DNA of 59,967 nucleotides, the filler included, from Bipalium vagum (Eukaryota): the NCBI GenBank assembly GCA_037834085.1. It is 3 parts of 3 records of this genome, joined end to end, with 100 filler letters (N's around TTAATTAATTAA, not from the genome) between each part and the next. Parts side by side here need not be neighbours in the genome. Positions count along the whole stretch, not along the records: positions 1 to 21,179 come from JBBMKC010241296.1; positions 21,280 to 38,893 come from JBBMKC010058645.1; 1 more part is not named here. One strand, 5' to 3'. Under the pieces are notes generated by a model, which did not search any database, was not told the origin of the DNA, and worked only from the letters and a program-made list of their open reading frames with translations. A program made the position numbers and the translations under genes. Shown here piece by piece: positions 15,501 to 26,744 of the stretch. Within the stretch, counting starts at the first letter, position 1; each line of letters begins with the position of its first letter.

Positions 15501-15856
15501 TCAGGTCTGGTTTCAGAATCAACGAGCTAAATTGAAGAAACAGGAACGAGATTTATTCTGTCGAGAAAAACCCATATTTCCTGAAGCAACTGAAAGTGTA
15601 ATTGAATTGTCCGGTTGTGATCGGTTTCATTGTTTGGTCTGCAATCAGAATCTCAGCATAGGCATTTCCAAACAAGCTCATTTATTTTCCAGTGATCATT
15701 TAGTAACCTTGATGCGTTATTTGATAACAAAATCTAGTGACATGAAACTGAATTGGAAATCTGGTTTGAATTTTATTTTTATTTACATTTTCTATGTAAA
15801 TCTGGTTGTTATTATTATTTAAATAAATAGTAGATTTAAAAAGGACAGGAAACTAA
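4697..15856 (+). CDS. zfhx: ZFHX3/4 (zfh2/ATBF1)-family zinc-finger homeobox protein, ~1554 aa; join(4697-6505,7045-7159,7666-7748,9352-9475,9520-9736,11984-12203,12253-12299,12354-13536,14875-14923,14969-15763,15834-15856)
   Basis: All 10 introns are GT-AG with matching phases, and the joined length of 4665 nt is divisible by 3. Family motifs: [64 protein letters not shown]1 [28 protein letters not shown]4 [13 protein letters not shown] followed by a C2H2 finger (HLFSSDH). Confidence 0.9.
7922..9162 (-). mobile_element. Near full-length mariner element (decayed transposase) in a ZFHX intron
   Basis: ~40-bp TIRs (t/cAC[c/g]TGGTGT..ATAAAAAGTCCTTAGACTCGTA), TA at both ends, 1.24 kb. Frameshifted transposase with [22 protein letters not shown] and [12 protein letters not shown]. 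Confidence 0.92.
10200..11150 (+). mobile_element. Decayed mariner element
   Basis: Fragments [25 protein letters not shown] and [26 protein letters not shown]; boundaries approximate. Confidence 0.7.
12354..13536 (+). CDS. zfhx: ZFHX exon with a C2H2 finger and homeodomain 1
   Basis: [17 protein letters not shown]; HD1 signature NNSP...[21 protein letters not shown]; acceptor aacag at 12353, donor gtattt at 13537. Confidence 0.92.
14304..14502. mobile_element. Tc1-type MITE (~200 bp)
   Basis: Perfect 15-bp inverted repeat AAAGTCTTTGGCCAC (14315-14329) / GTGGCCAAAGACTTT (14474-14488) around an AT-rich non-coding core. Confidence 0.65.
14969..15763 (+). CDS. zfhx: ZFHX exon with PLDLS (CtBP-binding) motif, homeodomain 4 and the following zinc finger
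   Basis: PLDLS; [11 protein letters not shown]...[22 protein letters not shown]; CLVC...HLFSSDH; acceptor ttctag at 14968, donor gtttga at 15764. Confidence 0.9.
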
Positions 15857-16329
15857 TGACAGAAATTTGAACAATAATTTAAAATTTTCAAATATTTAAG
15901 ACTTAATTTAATTTTTGGTCTATTTTTATATTATTTAATTTATATTATATAAATATTATTATATAATATATTACATTCGTTATAAATTATATTTTAAAAA
16001 TTTTAGCAAACAATTTCTGGTTAAATTATTTTAAGAAAAGCTTCTATTAAATTACTTATTTATTATTCATTTAATTAATCTTATAACGTTTTATTACGTT
16101 TATTGTTAATTTAAATTAAATTACAGGTTTATGTAGAAATATTTAGAAAAATATTCAAAATATATATAATTCTACGCAAAAATATATATAAATCTATTCA
16201 AAATATATAGAAAATCATTTAGAAATATATAGAAAAAAATTCGATTTTTTCTATTTAAGTTTGATCACATTTTACTCAGCCAAAAATATCAGCTGCACGG
16301 TTCCTATTACTGTTGCTCTAAAATGTCAG

Positions 16330-16720
16330 GTTTCATTGTTTTGTCATCTGTTTTTTATTATATCAAATTTACAGGCATTTTATGCTTCGAAATCAAAGAC
16401 GGATCAATGGACTTTATTAGTGACAAGCTATGCAATCATTTCGGTCGAAATCCTGAGAATATATTGGTGATGGACAATTGCAGGTTATTAATTAGCTGAC
16501 AGAACGAGGTGTTGATTACAGATTTCCGCCACCATACTCGCATTCGTTACAATTCACAAATGCTGTATCATCATTTATGAGAATCATTATAGATCGGGAC
16601 GATTGATTACTCAAGTACTCATGCATAACGATATAGATTTAAGTGATTATTTTCGCAACATGAGACGGTTTATAGAAAAACCTTGGCGAGACAATTATTT
16701 ATTTAGTGTACATTTCCATT
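16330..16720 (+). mobile_element. IS630/Tc1-like transposase relic
   Basis: GILCFEIKDGS...ENILVMDNCR, a frameshifted PPYS and FRNMRRFIEK. Confidence 0.55.
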
Positions 16721-16888
16721 ATATACGTATTTTGAATATATTTCTGCACAACTCTGTAATAAAATTAAAATTAAGTTTACTTTAAATTAAACGTTTTATT
16801 TTTTAATATTTAAAATGGCACTTCATTTTTAAAGTTACTATAAAAATTCTTATTTTTACTATGTTATAATTATTACTATGTTTATGTA

Positions 16889-17640
16889 TAGGTGCTCCAT
16901 TAAGAACGACTCATTTTGTTTTTCAAATAAAGACTTGTATTTGACATAATTAAAATATTTATTTCAAAATAAAGTACACAGATCGCCATTAATTATGTAA
17001 TTCAACATCATTCATGTCCCCCTATAGCATGTTTTCAGATGTCTATTCTTTGAATACAATTTTCCATTATTTTTTTACACAAATCGGATAAAATTCCAGT
17101 AATAGCGTGTTCGATTTTGGTTTTGAGAACTTCTAAAGTGTATGGCTTGCTATAGACCAATGATTTGATATATCTTCAAAGAAAAAGTCGAGCGGTGTCA
17201 AATCGCACGAACGAGGCGGCCAATTTCTTAGAAAAAGACGCTCAACAAACTTTGATTTCATAATTGGATTGTTTGACAAGTTCTGTGGCAAGTAGTACCG
17301 ACTTGTTTGAAACCATATGTCACTCAACTGAAGGTCTTCTAATTGCAGAAAAAAATTCTTTTAACATGGAGTGATATATTTTCCCATTTATCGTTACCGG
17401 TTTTCCAGAGTCATTGAAGAAGTACCGACCAATAACGTGTCTCACATGAAAACCGCACCAGGCAGTTATTTTTGTGGATATAATGACATCTTTTGTATCA
17501 CTTCTGGGTTTGAGCTTGACAAAATGTTACAATTTTGCTTATTCACAAAGCCATTGAGCCAAAAAAATCCTCTTCGCTGAAGATGTTTTTCTGAAGATTA
17601 AAATCAGTGGTAATTTCAACCTTTAATAAAACTCATTTTG
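16889..17640 (-). mobile_element. Tc1/mariner (rosa-like) relic
   Basis: IWFQ and NWPPRSCDLTPLDFFF motifs; TIR-like TA-TAGGTGCTCCATT at the left end. Confidence 0.75.
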
Positions 17641-18829
17641 AGAATTTTCATTTCAATAGGTGGTTATTCGGCTTTAGTTCTTGAGTTAGTTATAATCTGA
17701 TATAACTAACTCTAGGTCCTCGTGCAAAAAAAATCGATGAGTGATTTCTTATTATTCAAGAGCTCTTATTTTTATTTTTTATAAAATATTATTTTTCAAA
17801 TTCTAAAATCAAATTATATTATTTTAAAACAAAATAATAAAAAAAAGTTTAAAGCATTGTTTTGTTATTATTTATTTATTATCAGTGTTATTCTTTTATT
17901 ATTGTCATTGGTTTTACTTACCCTTTTGCGTTCCTTCTCTTGGAGTTATCTTGGAAGGTCAACTAACAAATGATAAACTTGTCATATTATATTCAATATT
18001 TTAAATATGGTAACAAGTAAAATTTATCCTGGATATTTATAAAAACTAAAACGCGATCAAATTGAAATTAAAAAAAAAAGTTTTATGTAAATTAACTTGA
18101 CACTGATATTTTCAGGTTCTAATTCATTGTGATACATATTCATGAAGACAGTTATTTCAGAAAGGCTGTGGTAAAAGAAAATTATCATTCCATTGTCATT
18201 AAAATTAAGTATTTAATGAATTGTATGTTGTTCGTGAACGATATTTGTGCATTAGACTGAATCGAATTTTAAAAATGACAGTAAAATAAGAAAATACATT
18301 TATTGTATGAACTGCAATAATGATAAGCAGCATTTAGGAAGTAATGGGACATTTAACGGTTATTATTTTTATTATTGATAAAATTATTAATAATTTTGAT
18401 ATTCTGAAATGTTGAGCTGTAAGATATTTTAATAATTGATTTTGCATTTGAAGGTTATCGTTTGTGAGTCGGATGATATTGCATTATTTTATTTTGGTTG
18501 AATTTTTATTGTATTTTTATTATATTTTTCTGACAATGACAATAAATTAATAGTGTTAATATATTTTTATATTATTCTTTATCGTTTATTTTAACTAATT
18601 TTATATTAATTAAATTACTCATTTCTTGAACTATTTATTTTGTTTTAATGAAAATAATTTTTATTATTACTGTAATCAAATATAAAATTTATCAAGATTT
18701 AAAGTTTTTTCATAAATATTTTGGTATATAAGTTTTACATTTGTACAAAAATAGAATAAAAAATTCATTGAATAATTCCAATTATATATATAAACATTGT
18801 TAGTAACTATGTAATTTAAAGGTTGGATG

Positions 18830-20045
18830 ATCATAACCGTTCTCCAATACAGAAATGATGTGTAATTTATGAATATTAAAAAATCAGGGTTCCGAGACAT
18901 GTTATCGAGAAAAACCTCCGGCACATGCTCTCAGTGTATGAGGATTCATGGAGACCCAAAGACAGAAAAAAGAAAGACCAGAGCAATAAATAAAGCAAAT
19001 GAAGAGGCATCATATAAATGGCAGAATAATAAAAATAAAATCAATCAGATTAAAGAAGATATTGAAAAGAGAATTACATCTTATTTTCGCTTGGAAGATG
19101 GTCTAGTCAAAACGGTTGAAGGAAAAATTGGATTCCAAATGGAGAGCCGGGTGTTATTGGAAGAGATACATTGATCCCTAACACATCCTGGGACTGAAAA
19201 AGTTATTAAATATACAGCTGATTTATAACGATATGAAAGATCTGAAAGATCTGAAAGAGACAGCAACCGAGGTTATCAAACAATGCGAAATCTGTCAATC
19301 AAAAAGTAGTCATAACAAAAACAAAAGGAGGTACAATGAAAATATCAGCAGATGAGCCACTTGAAAAGATATATAGACATATGCGTTCTGTTAAGATACT
19401 TTTCGGACGGAATGTTACAAGTTTGCGATTATAGATCACTATAGTAGCTTAATTTCATTAAAGGCGATAATGAAACAGGATTTTAAAAACAATCAGAAAA
19501 GTAATAATGGAAAGATGGATCTATAAATATGGTGCGCCAAACGAAATCCATATAGACAGTGAAAAGGTCTTTGAATCTAGAGTTTTTAAGAGACTAATCG
19601 CACAAAGAAACAAAAACTATGTTTGTCCAGTCCGTATCATCATAACACCAACGGCATAATATAGCGGCAATTCCGAGCAATACTTGACTACATGAAAACT
19701 ACTATGGCTGAGAGAAGATAATGTTTGGGAAAATTTGTTACCAGAAATTGAGTTTACCCTAAATGCAACATTTCAGAAAAAGTTAGGATCCAACCCAGCT
19801 AAACTCATATTTGAAAGAAAAATTTACAGTCTTAAGTCAGTAAAAATTATCCAGAAGGAAGTCCGAACTTGGGCAGCAAGTACTTGTAAAGGTCGAACGT
19901 AGAACTAATGTCAAAGAAAGATACGAAGGTCCATACAAGGTGAACAGAAAACTTCATGATAAAAAATATGCATTTGAAGATAGAGAAGGAAAAACAATTG
20001 AAAGGAATGTAGAAAATTTTTAAAGTCATGTCAGGGGTGTGGGTA
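18830..20045 (+). mobile_element. Gypsy LTR-retrotransposon pol (integrase) relic
   Basis: HHCC remnant (IH..LTHPG...CEICQ), IIDHYS, YGAPNEIHID, SPYHHNTNG, WENLLPEIEFTLNAT, GQQVLVK and YEGPY, with stops and frameshifts. Confidence 0.85.
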
Positions 20046-20978
20046 ATTAAGCTGATTTCTAATCTTTAAATTTTTACATTGTGCCTAATTTAATTTTAAA
20101 TGATTTTTATTTTAATGAATTTTGATATGTAATGGCACAATATATTAAGAATGGTAAATTTGTTTAATTATTATTGTTTTAAAAAGCAATCAAAAATGAC
20201 TGATTTTGTTGATATCACATCTAACAAGAATGATTTTTCAATTTTACAAAATTATTACTTAAAAAAATCAAAATAACTCCATTTTTATAAATATTTTTTA
20301 GTTTTTTAAAAATTTAACTGGTTTGAAGTGTATATTTTATTTCTTATTACAATTATATATTTTTGTTAGTATTAAAAATATCTTAAGAACTTATTAACAT
20401 CTGCGGCTAAGAAATTTTGTACAATTCTATACATTTTATTTTAATTAATCCAAGTTTATTGTAAATACATTAAAGTAATTCTCTAATATTAATGTATTGG
20501 TTGATTTTTAAAGATTCAAGCGAACTAAAGACTTTCAATCACTATATTTGAAAAGACCAGTCATTGTCTAAAAAATACTTTCTTATCTATTCTTGGTTTA
20601 CGATTAAAAAAAACTACTTTCGATTATCATTAAACAATTGGGGTTTTGAATAAAATTATTTTATTCTTAAATTTCATTGATTTTTTTCTCACGAACAGAA
20701 AAGCATCGCCCATCAATGAGAAACCAAAATGCTGACACCTTTACAAATGACAGGCATAAAATGATAATAATAATAATAGTAATAAAGCCAAAAGATCGAT
20801 AACAAAAATTAGATAATCAATAATCACACTCTATTCTTGAAGAATATTTGAAAATTGCATACAAATTATCGTGCAAACAATTATCGCATAAAAACACACT
20901 CGAAAGCATTCAGAAAAACAAATTTAGGACAAATCATAACACAATTTATTCCCTCCGAACACACCACCCCACACGATT

Positions 20979-21100
20979 TTACTTACAGCCACACGAACCA
21001 CCATTAGATCCACCAGCACCAGCTGATCTACCAGATTGTCCAAGACGTTGTCCCGATCCTTGGTTTTGAGAGGCTATGTCGTGACGAGGCAATTTTTTCG
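20979..21100 (-). CDS. rab5: Last coding exon of a Rab5-family GTPase: (A)KKLPRHDIASQNQGSGQRLGQSGRSAGAGGSNGGSCGCK*; upstream exons lie beyond the contig end
   Basis: Acceptor tttttag at 21101 with a phase-1 start into AKKLP, which begins the Rab5 hypervariable tail. Gly/Ser-rich tail, terminal double-Cys prenylation motif, stop codon, then a GU-rich 3'UTR. Confidence 0.75.
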
Positions 21101-21179
21101 CTAAAAACAAATAAATTTCTATCATAGTACATACAAAATAGAACACTAATCAATTATTATTATTATTATTATTATTATT

Positions 21180-21279
21180 NNNNNNNNNNNNNNNNNNNNN
21201 NNNNNNNNNNNNNNNNNNNNNNNTTAATTAATTAANNNNNNNNNNNNNNNNNNNNNNNNNNNNNNNNNNNNNNNNNNNN
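21180..21279. other. Artificial contig linker N44-TTAATTAATTAA-N44
   Basis: Exactly 100 bp; the 12-mer places stop codons in all six frames. Confidence 0.97.
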
Positions 21280-21376
21280 TAAATGTCTTGGTAACATTAT
21301 TAAGAATTTTTAAAACATTTTAAAGAATATCGCCTAAATTTAAGATAACAATTTTAAAATATAATATAAACATTAG

Positions 21377-21382
<6 letters not shown>

Positions 21383-21435
<53 letters not shown>

Positions 21436-21436
21436 T
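21383..21436. repeat. (AAT)n microsatellite
   Basis: Read directly from the sequence. Confidence 0.95.
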
Positions 21437-21949
21437 TATAATCATATTTTGAACAAGGCCAATGAAATAAAGGATATATTCGGAATAAAAATAAATGTAT
21501 AAATAAACTAATTGCTATTTTAATTCTTAATTTGTCAGATAAAAATTTTAAAATTTAATGTGAGCAAATTTTCGGCAAGTAATGTCACTTTTTAGATGCA
21601 TTACAAATAGAAAATTAATTAATGGACATGTGATTATAAAAATTGTTTTGTTTATTTGGATTACGTAAATAGGACTTCGTTTAAATTATATTTCAAATCC
21701 AGTTATGTAATATGGTTTTCTAATTTTCTAAACTGTAATTGTAAAACCATTGGAGTAAGTGAATCTTTACAAGTTCCAAAAATCTACAAGAACATTTTAA
21801 TATTTTTTAAAATAAATGGTAAAACTGTGAGCTGAGAAGAATTAAACATCGGATGCAGTAAAAGTTGAAAAAATTCAATGATGATTTGGCCTTTTTCAAA
21901 AACAAAGTTGGCTTTTAATGAAGACCTACGTTCTGAATCTCTTAATTGG

Positions 21950-22285
21950 GTTGAAGTTTCCTCGAGTCTCAAGTCGTATTCGTTTACTGCTTGGTCTATG
22001 AAACTCTTAACTTTTAGTCGTAGTGTAGACGGCAGAGTATCACACTAGACTACCGCAGAATTTCTGACTATCAGTTACCGAGCTTATATTGTTTTCTGAT
22101 TTTGGCTTCGTATATATACTGTTTCCTGGTAGTGGTCTTCCTACTATCATCCATAATATCTTACGTTTATATACACGAGTGAATTTATGACCAATATTTG
22201 CGTCAGTCGCTAAACTCATTGCTTCAAACTGATCAAATGGCTTAAGGTGATTCCCTTGAACGTTTATTTCGTCATACTTGATTTA
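21950..22285 (-). pseudogene. Possible decayed Vasa/PL10-like DEAD-box helicase fragment
   Basis: KYDEINVQGNHLKPFDQFEAMSL..ANIGHKFTRVYK..IVGRPL, then in other frames QYIYEAKIRK and RLKVKSFID. These are collinear with the Vasa/DDX3 Q-motif to motif Ib region. By-eye similarity only. Confidence 0.35.
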
Positions 22286-23129
22286 AATAAAATTATTATT
22301 AATCGATTTGAATTAATTTAATCGATATATTATTTAATATTATTATTCTGACTTCTAAAAGCCCTTATTTAACCTAATACTATTTTTAACATCCTCCTCA
22401 GCATTTCACGAGCTCGATATTTTAATTTTTACAATTTAGTTATTTGTTTTTCTTAATTAATAACCTTATTATGGAAAATTCTTCTTCATTTTTACATAAT
22501 ATAATTAAGCAGTTCCTTAAAATCATCATCTCAAGAATATTAAAAAAATATTTCATCACTAAAATATAAAAATAGTGACAACTAAACAAATTAAAATTAA
22601 ACAAAATCAAAAGAGAGACTACAGCTAAATTATCGAAAATAAAACTAATCACAAATTTTAAAATTCTTTGTTTCTTGATACCCCTCTTCAAGCTGCATTC
22701 TGACACAATCTCCACATTTGTATTCATAACAATGTTTTTTGCAGGTGACAAGTAAAATTTCATGAAAATGTCCAATATCGTCCTTACTGGCCAATTGAAA
22801 ATCACAATACGATTCTACGATACGCACAAAATTTCTGTAAATGGAATATTTGCAATCTTCATCATCATAATCATATGGACCTTTCGAATGTTTGGTCAGC
22901 TTTATTATTTAGATAACATAATCAACCTTTTCTTTTTCAGCTGATATTGTGATAAAGAATGAACGACGTGCAACAATTTGATACCTGAGGCAGCTTATTG
23001 GTTACCTGATTAAGCACTTTCATTTGTTTCAAGACTGAATATTAACGGGAAAAAATTTTGTGCATCTGGTAGGAAAAGTGAGATGAGATTCTCTGAGTTA
23101 CTACCTAGAGGCAATAAAGTCTAATGTGC

Positions 23130-23583
23130 TCAGTGTTTTGATTTAAATAAAATTATCATAGACACAGTAATGTACGAGCTAACAGAAAATGTTATTCTAA
23201 AACACAATAATGCCAGACTTTATTTCGCAATAACTATCAACAAATTTGTAAAACTGGTGTGGGATATACTATCATATTTAATTGTAGTACCCCATAGACA
23301 GGATAGGTTGATCGGATGTTCGCCTATTCCGTGAAAAACCATGGTAATATTTTTTGATGAACAAATCATTTTGGATTAATAATAATATTAAAAGTTCCTT
23401 ACAACAACCCTTTTATAAAGTGAGTGGTTTTATTCAAGGGGAATTGATTTTGCAACTAAAAGATTATTTAATGTCACGGATAATCATGGATAATCAATTA
23501 TTCTAATGAAAAAAATCTGTTTATAAAGTTTTATGAAAAAAAATTTCTACGTAAAATAGAACACTACTTTGTTGCCAACCTAA
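23130..23583 (+). mobile_element. Mariner 3' relic with right TIR
   Basis: VILKHNNAR remnant; terminal CACTACTTTGTTGCCAACCTAA is the reverse complement of a mariner TIR (TTAGGTTGGC...). Confidence 0.6.
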
Positions 23584-23706
23584 TTTTTTATTCTCCCAAA
23601 CAATATACTATGTACACCTGAATACAATATTATAGTTAAAAAATAAATAAAAAATTAATTAAATTAATAGATTTGATTGATACATTAAAACAAAATTTGA
23701 ACTTAC

Positions 23707-24581
23707 ACTCTCACTAAAAATTCTATTTCATCTGAGTCGTTCTTTAAAATTGATCTAACTTCTTCAAACGTTTTTCCAACAAGTGACACTCCATTCCATT
23801 CAATTATTTCATCACCTTAAATAAAACCAAAAATAATTTCAATAAAAATATAAGAATAAACCTTCTTTGATCTGGTCTTGTAACCTATCAGCCATGCTTC
23901 CTGGAAAAATTTGTTCCACAAAGGCTCCTAGATGACCATCTGAACATAACTGGCCTCCGATTATTCTCATCCCAACACCGTTTCCTATTTCCAAGTCAAA
24001 AAGATGAAAATGAAAGATGTAAAATGAAACAATATATCCTTGTTTATATAAAACTTTTTACTGAATAATTTTGAACAATATTCAAGCTACATAAAATCAA
24101 TTAGTTCGTTTAAACAAGTTACTTTAAAAAGGCTCTCTTTTAACGCAAATACCTAATATTATAATTTAAGCTAAGAATACTAAAACGAAAATTCTTATTT
24201 TACAATATTAAACCTCATAGTATACATAGGAATCTTATACCGGAGTATTATTGATAATATTGAAATATCGAACATATATTATTATTGAATAATTTATCTT
24301 TCATAAAATAAATAAATGTTAATGATCAATAATAATTGATAAAATTTTTTAAAATATACCTCTCAAATTCTTTTCCTTGGAATCCCTCATTAACAGCAAT
24401 CTCTTCGTCGGAATACTGCTACTCCTCACTGGCTTTATAGCTTCAGGTTTCTAATACAAAATATAAACATAATAAAATAAGAATGAAAATTAACTTGTGA
24501 GCTTCCTTTTGCCTTAGAAATTGAATGTTCTCGGTTAAGTTTATTTTCCACTTTTTCTGAATCTTTTAAAGTAGAAATCAT
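23707..24581 (-). CDS. pclo: Four small Piccolo-like exons encoding the linker and PDZ domain (not in the ORF track)
   Basis: Phases 0-0, 0-1, 1-1 and 1-2 join cleanly across 44-, 375- and 46-bp GT-AG introns. Confidence 0.88.
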
Positions 24582-26705
24582 CTTAGATAATATTTATTCA
24601 ACAAACGCAAAATATTTTATTTAAAATGATAATAAAAAATTATTATTAAAATTATATTTCTAAATATAATATTGTGACAAAAACATTAATTTATTATATA
24701 TTTTTAAAAATTATTTTGTAGAAGCTCAGTTTAGCTAATAAATAATATTTGTATTTCTGTTCCATTCATTTTCCTCAATTAAAATTGATTATATTTAGGA
24801 TATATTGATAAATACATTTTAATAAAAAAATTAATAAATCAATCAATTATTTAAATAATTAAAATAAATAATTAATATAAGACATAACCATGATTATTTG
24901 TTTTAGTCGATCATTTATGATTAACTTTTCAAATGATTTTATTTAACTTTATTTAAAAGTTCACCTTTTTTGAATTAAAAAAGTGTACAAAGCATCTAAG
25001 TAAGATTTTATGAATTATGGAATTGACAAAATTACGAATTTTGAATAAGTTTTGTTTTTGTTAGATGTTCAGAAAGTATTTAATAAGGGGACTTAATTAA
25101 AGATAATCAGAATAAGAAATTGTCAAGTGTCATTGACTAAATAAAGAGATTCATCTTAAAAGATAACATTTTTTGTTATTATTTAATAGACTGGTGTAAA
25201 AAATAATGGAAGTTTCAAACTTTAGTTTAAATTCTTAAAAACAATTTATAAATACTTTCACAACCAGAAATTAAGATCATTCTGTTACATGAATTCACAT
25301 TTGGTGCAATGTTGGACAAGTGATAAGAAATACTGCAAGCATTGGATAATCGATAATATTGAACGGTTCTTCAGTTATGTTTTTAAAACTAAGTAAATTA
25401 GTTTGGGATAATAATAATGAAGAAAATAATGAATAAATAAAATATTTCAATATTTAAAATGATTCAGAATATTTTGATTGGTCAGAATAGTCAAACTGAG
25501 TTTGAAAGAAGATAAAAAAAGTTTCAAAATATAATTATTTATTAAAGCATTTTTATTACAAAAAGGTTTTCTTTAGGCATAAAATACTATTTCTTCAAAG
25601 CATTGTAAAATTTACTTTAAATCGAATAGCTCAGTTTCTTTTACTAATTTAATCTGATATGAGGAGATTAGTATTGTTCACATCTTTAAACTCAACAACT
25701 AAATTTCGTTTTATACACTGAGATAAATTGAAAACTGGTCGAGGGATGTGGCTTAGCGGTCAGAGTAGTCCAGATAAATCGAGAGTAATAAAATCAAAAA
25801 GAAAGAAATCAAAAATTATATACAAAGTAGAAATTGGGATCTTATTATCAGTTAATGAATGGCATTTATAGGCAGAATCTTTTGTTAAAAAATTATTAAG
25901 GAATAAAACAATTTCTTTAGAACAACGTACAAAGATCCTATTTCTTTATTGGTGAGATCGGGACAAGTTACCAATCAGAGTAATGGAGAAGTAAATGAAT
26001 CGCTTATGTAGAGATGATATAGATGCCATATCATGGACTACAGAGATAGATTTGTGAGGAAATTTGTTACTTACTACATAGAATTAAGTAGTGCGGTTGA
26101 TTAGAGATTCTGTCTTCTGTCTATTTTACTAAAAAAGAGTTACTTTATGAAGTGAGCTAAGGTTTTTCTTAATCTTTTTCTTGTTGAAATATTTCCAATA
26201 TCATTCCTTTTTCATTATATAAAGGATAATATTTTCTAAGAATTATTTATATTTTTTATTAGTTTCAAAAATAGATTTATTGACAATTCTATTTTTGTCG
26301 AACAAAGGTCTCTATAAAGCTGGTTGCCTTTTTATTTTCCTTTCTTTTCACAACAAAAAGATGAAAAATGTAAAAAATAGCAATACATTTTATCTCTCAG
26401 TATCCGTAGAAATTTTAGAAGTATGAAGTGCAGCCAATATAAATATTTATAAAAATATAATTCGCTTGTTTCTGAAAACGATTTTATTATTGATTTTTCA
26501 TTCAGTTAAAAATACTCCAAACTCCATATATAATATAAATAAAATATAATAATAGTAATAATACTAATACTACTAATAAAAAAAATAATAAAACTAATGA
26601 ATAATAATAGTAATAATAAAAATAGTAATAATAATAGTAATACTACTATTACTATAGAAATAATAATATAATATAATTAAATATTTTTAAAAATATTTTA
26701 TAACA

Positions 26706-26744
<39 letters not shown>

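Noticed and set aside
20979-21100. Exon as the continuation of the Piccolo gene after the PDZ
   Set aside because: Phase mismatch, separated by an artificial linker, and the sequence fits the Rab5 C-terminus.
21530-21582. GTGAGCAAATTTTC resembles miR-87
   Set aside because: The 3' half diverges and only weak AT-rich pairing is possible.
22640-22950. TGQLKITIRFYD looks like a RIM/Piccolo C2A start
   Set aside because: It is on the wrong strand for the gene and has no further C2 similarity; the region is more likely a Tc1 relic (NWP motif on the minus strand).
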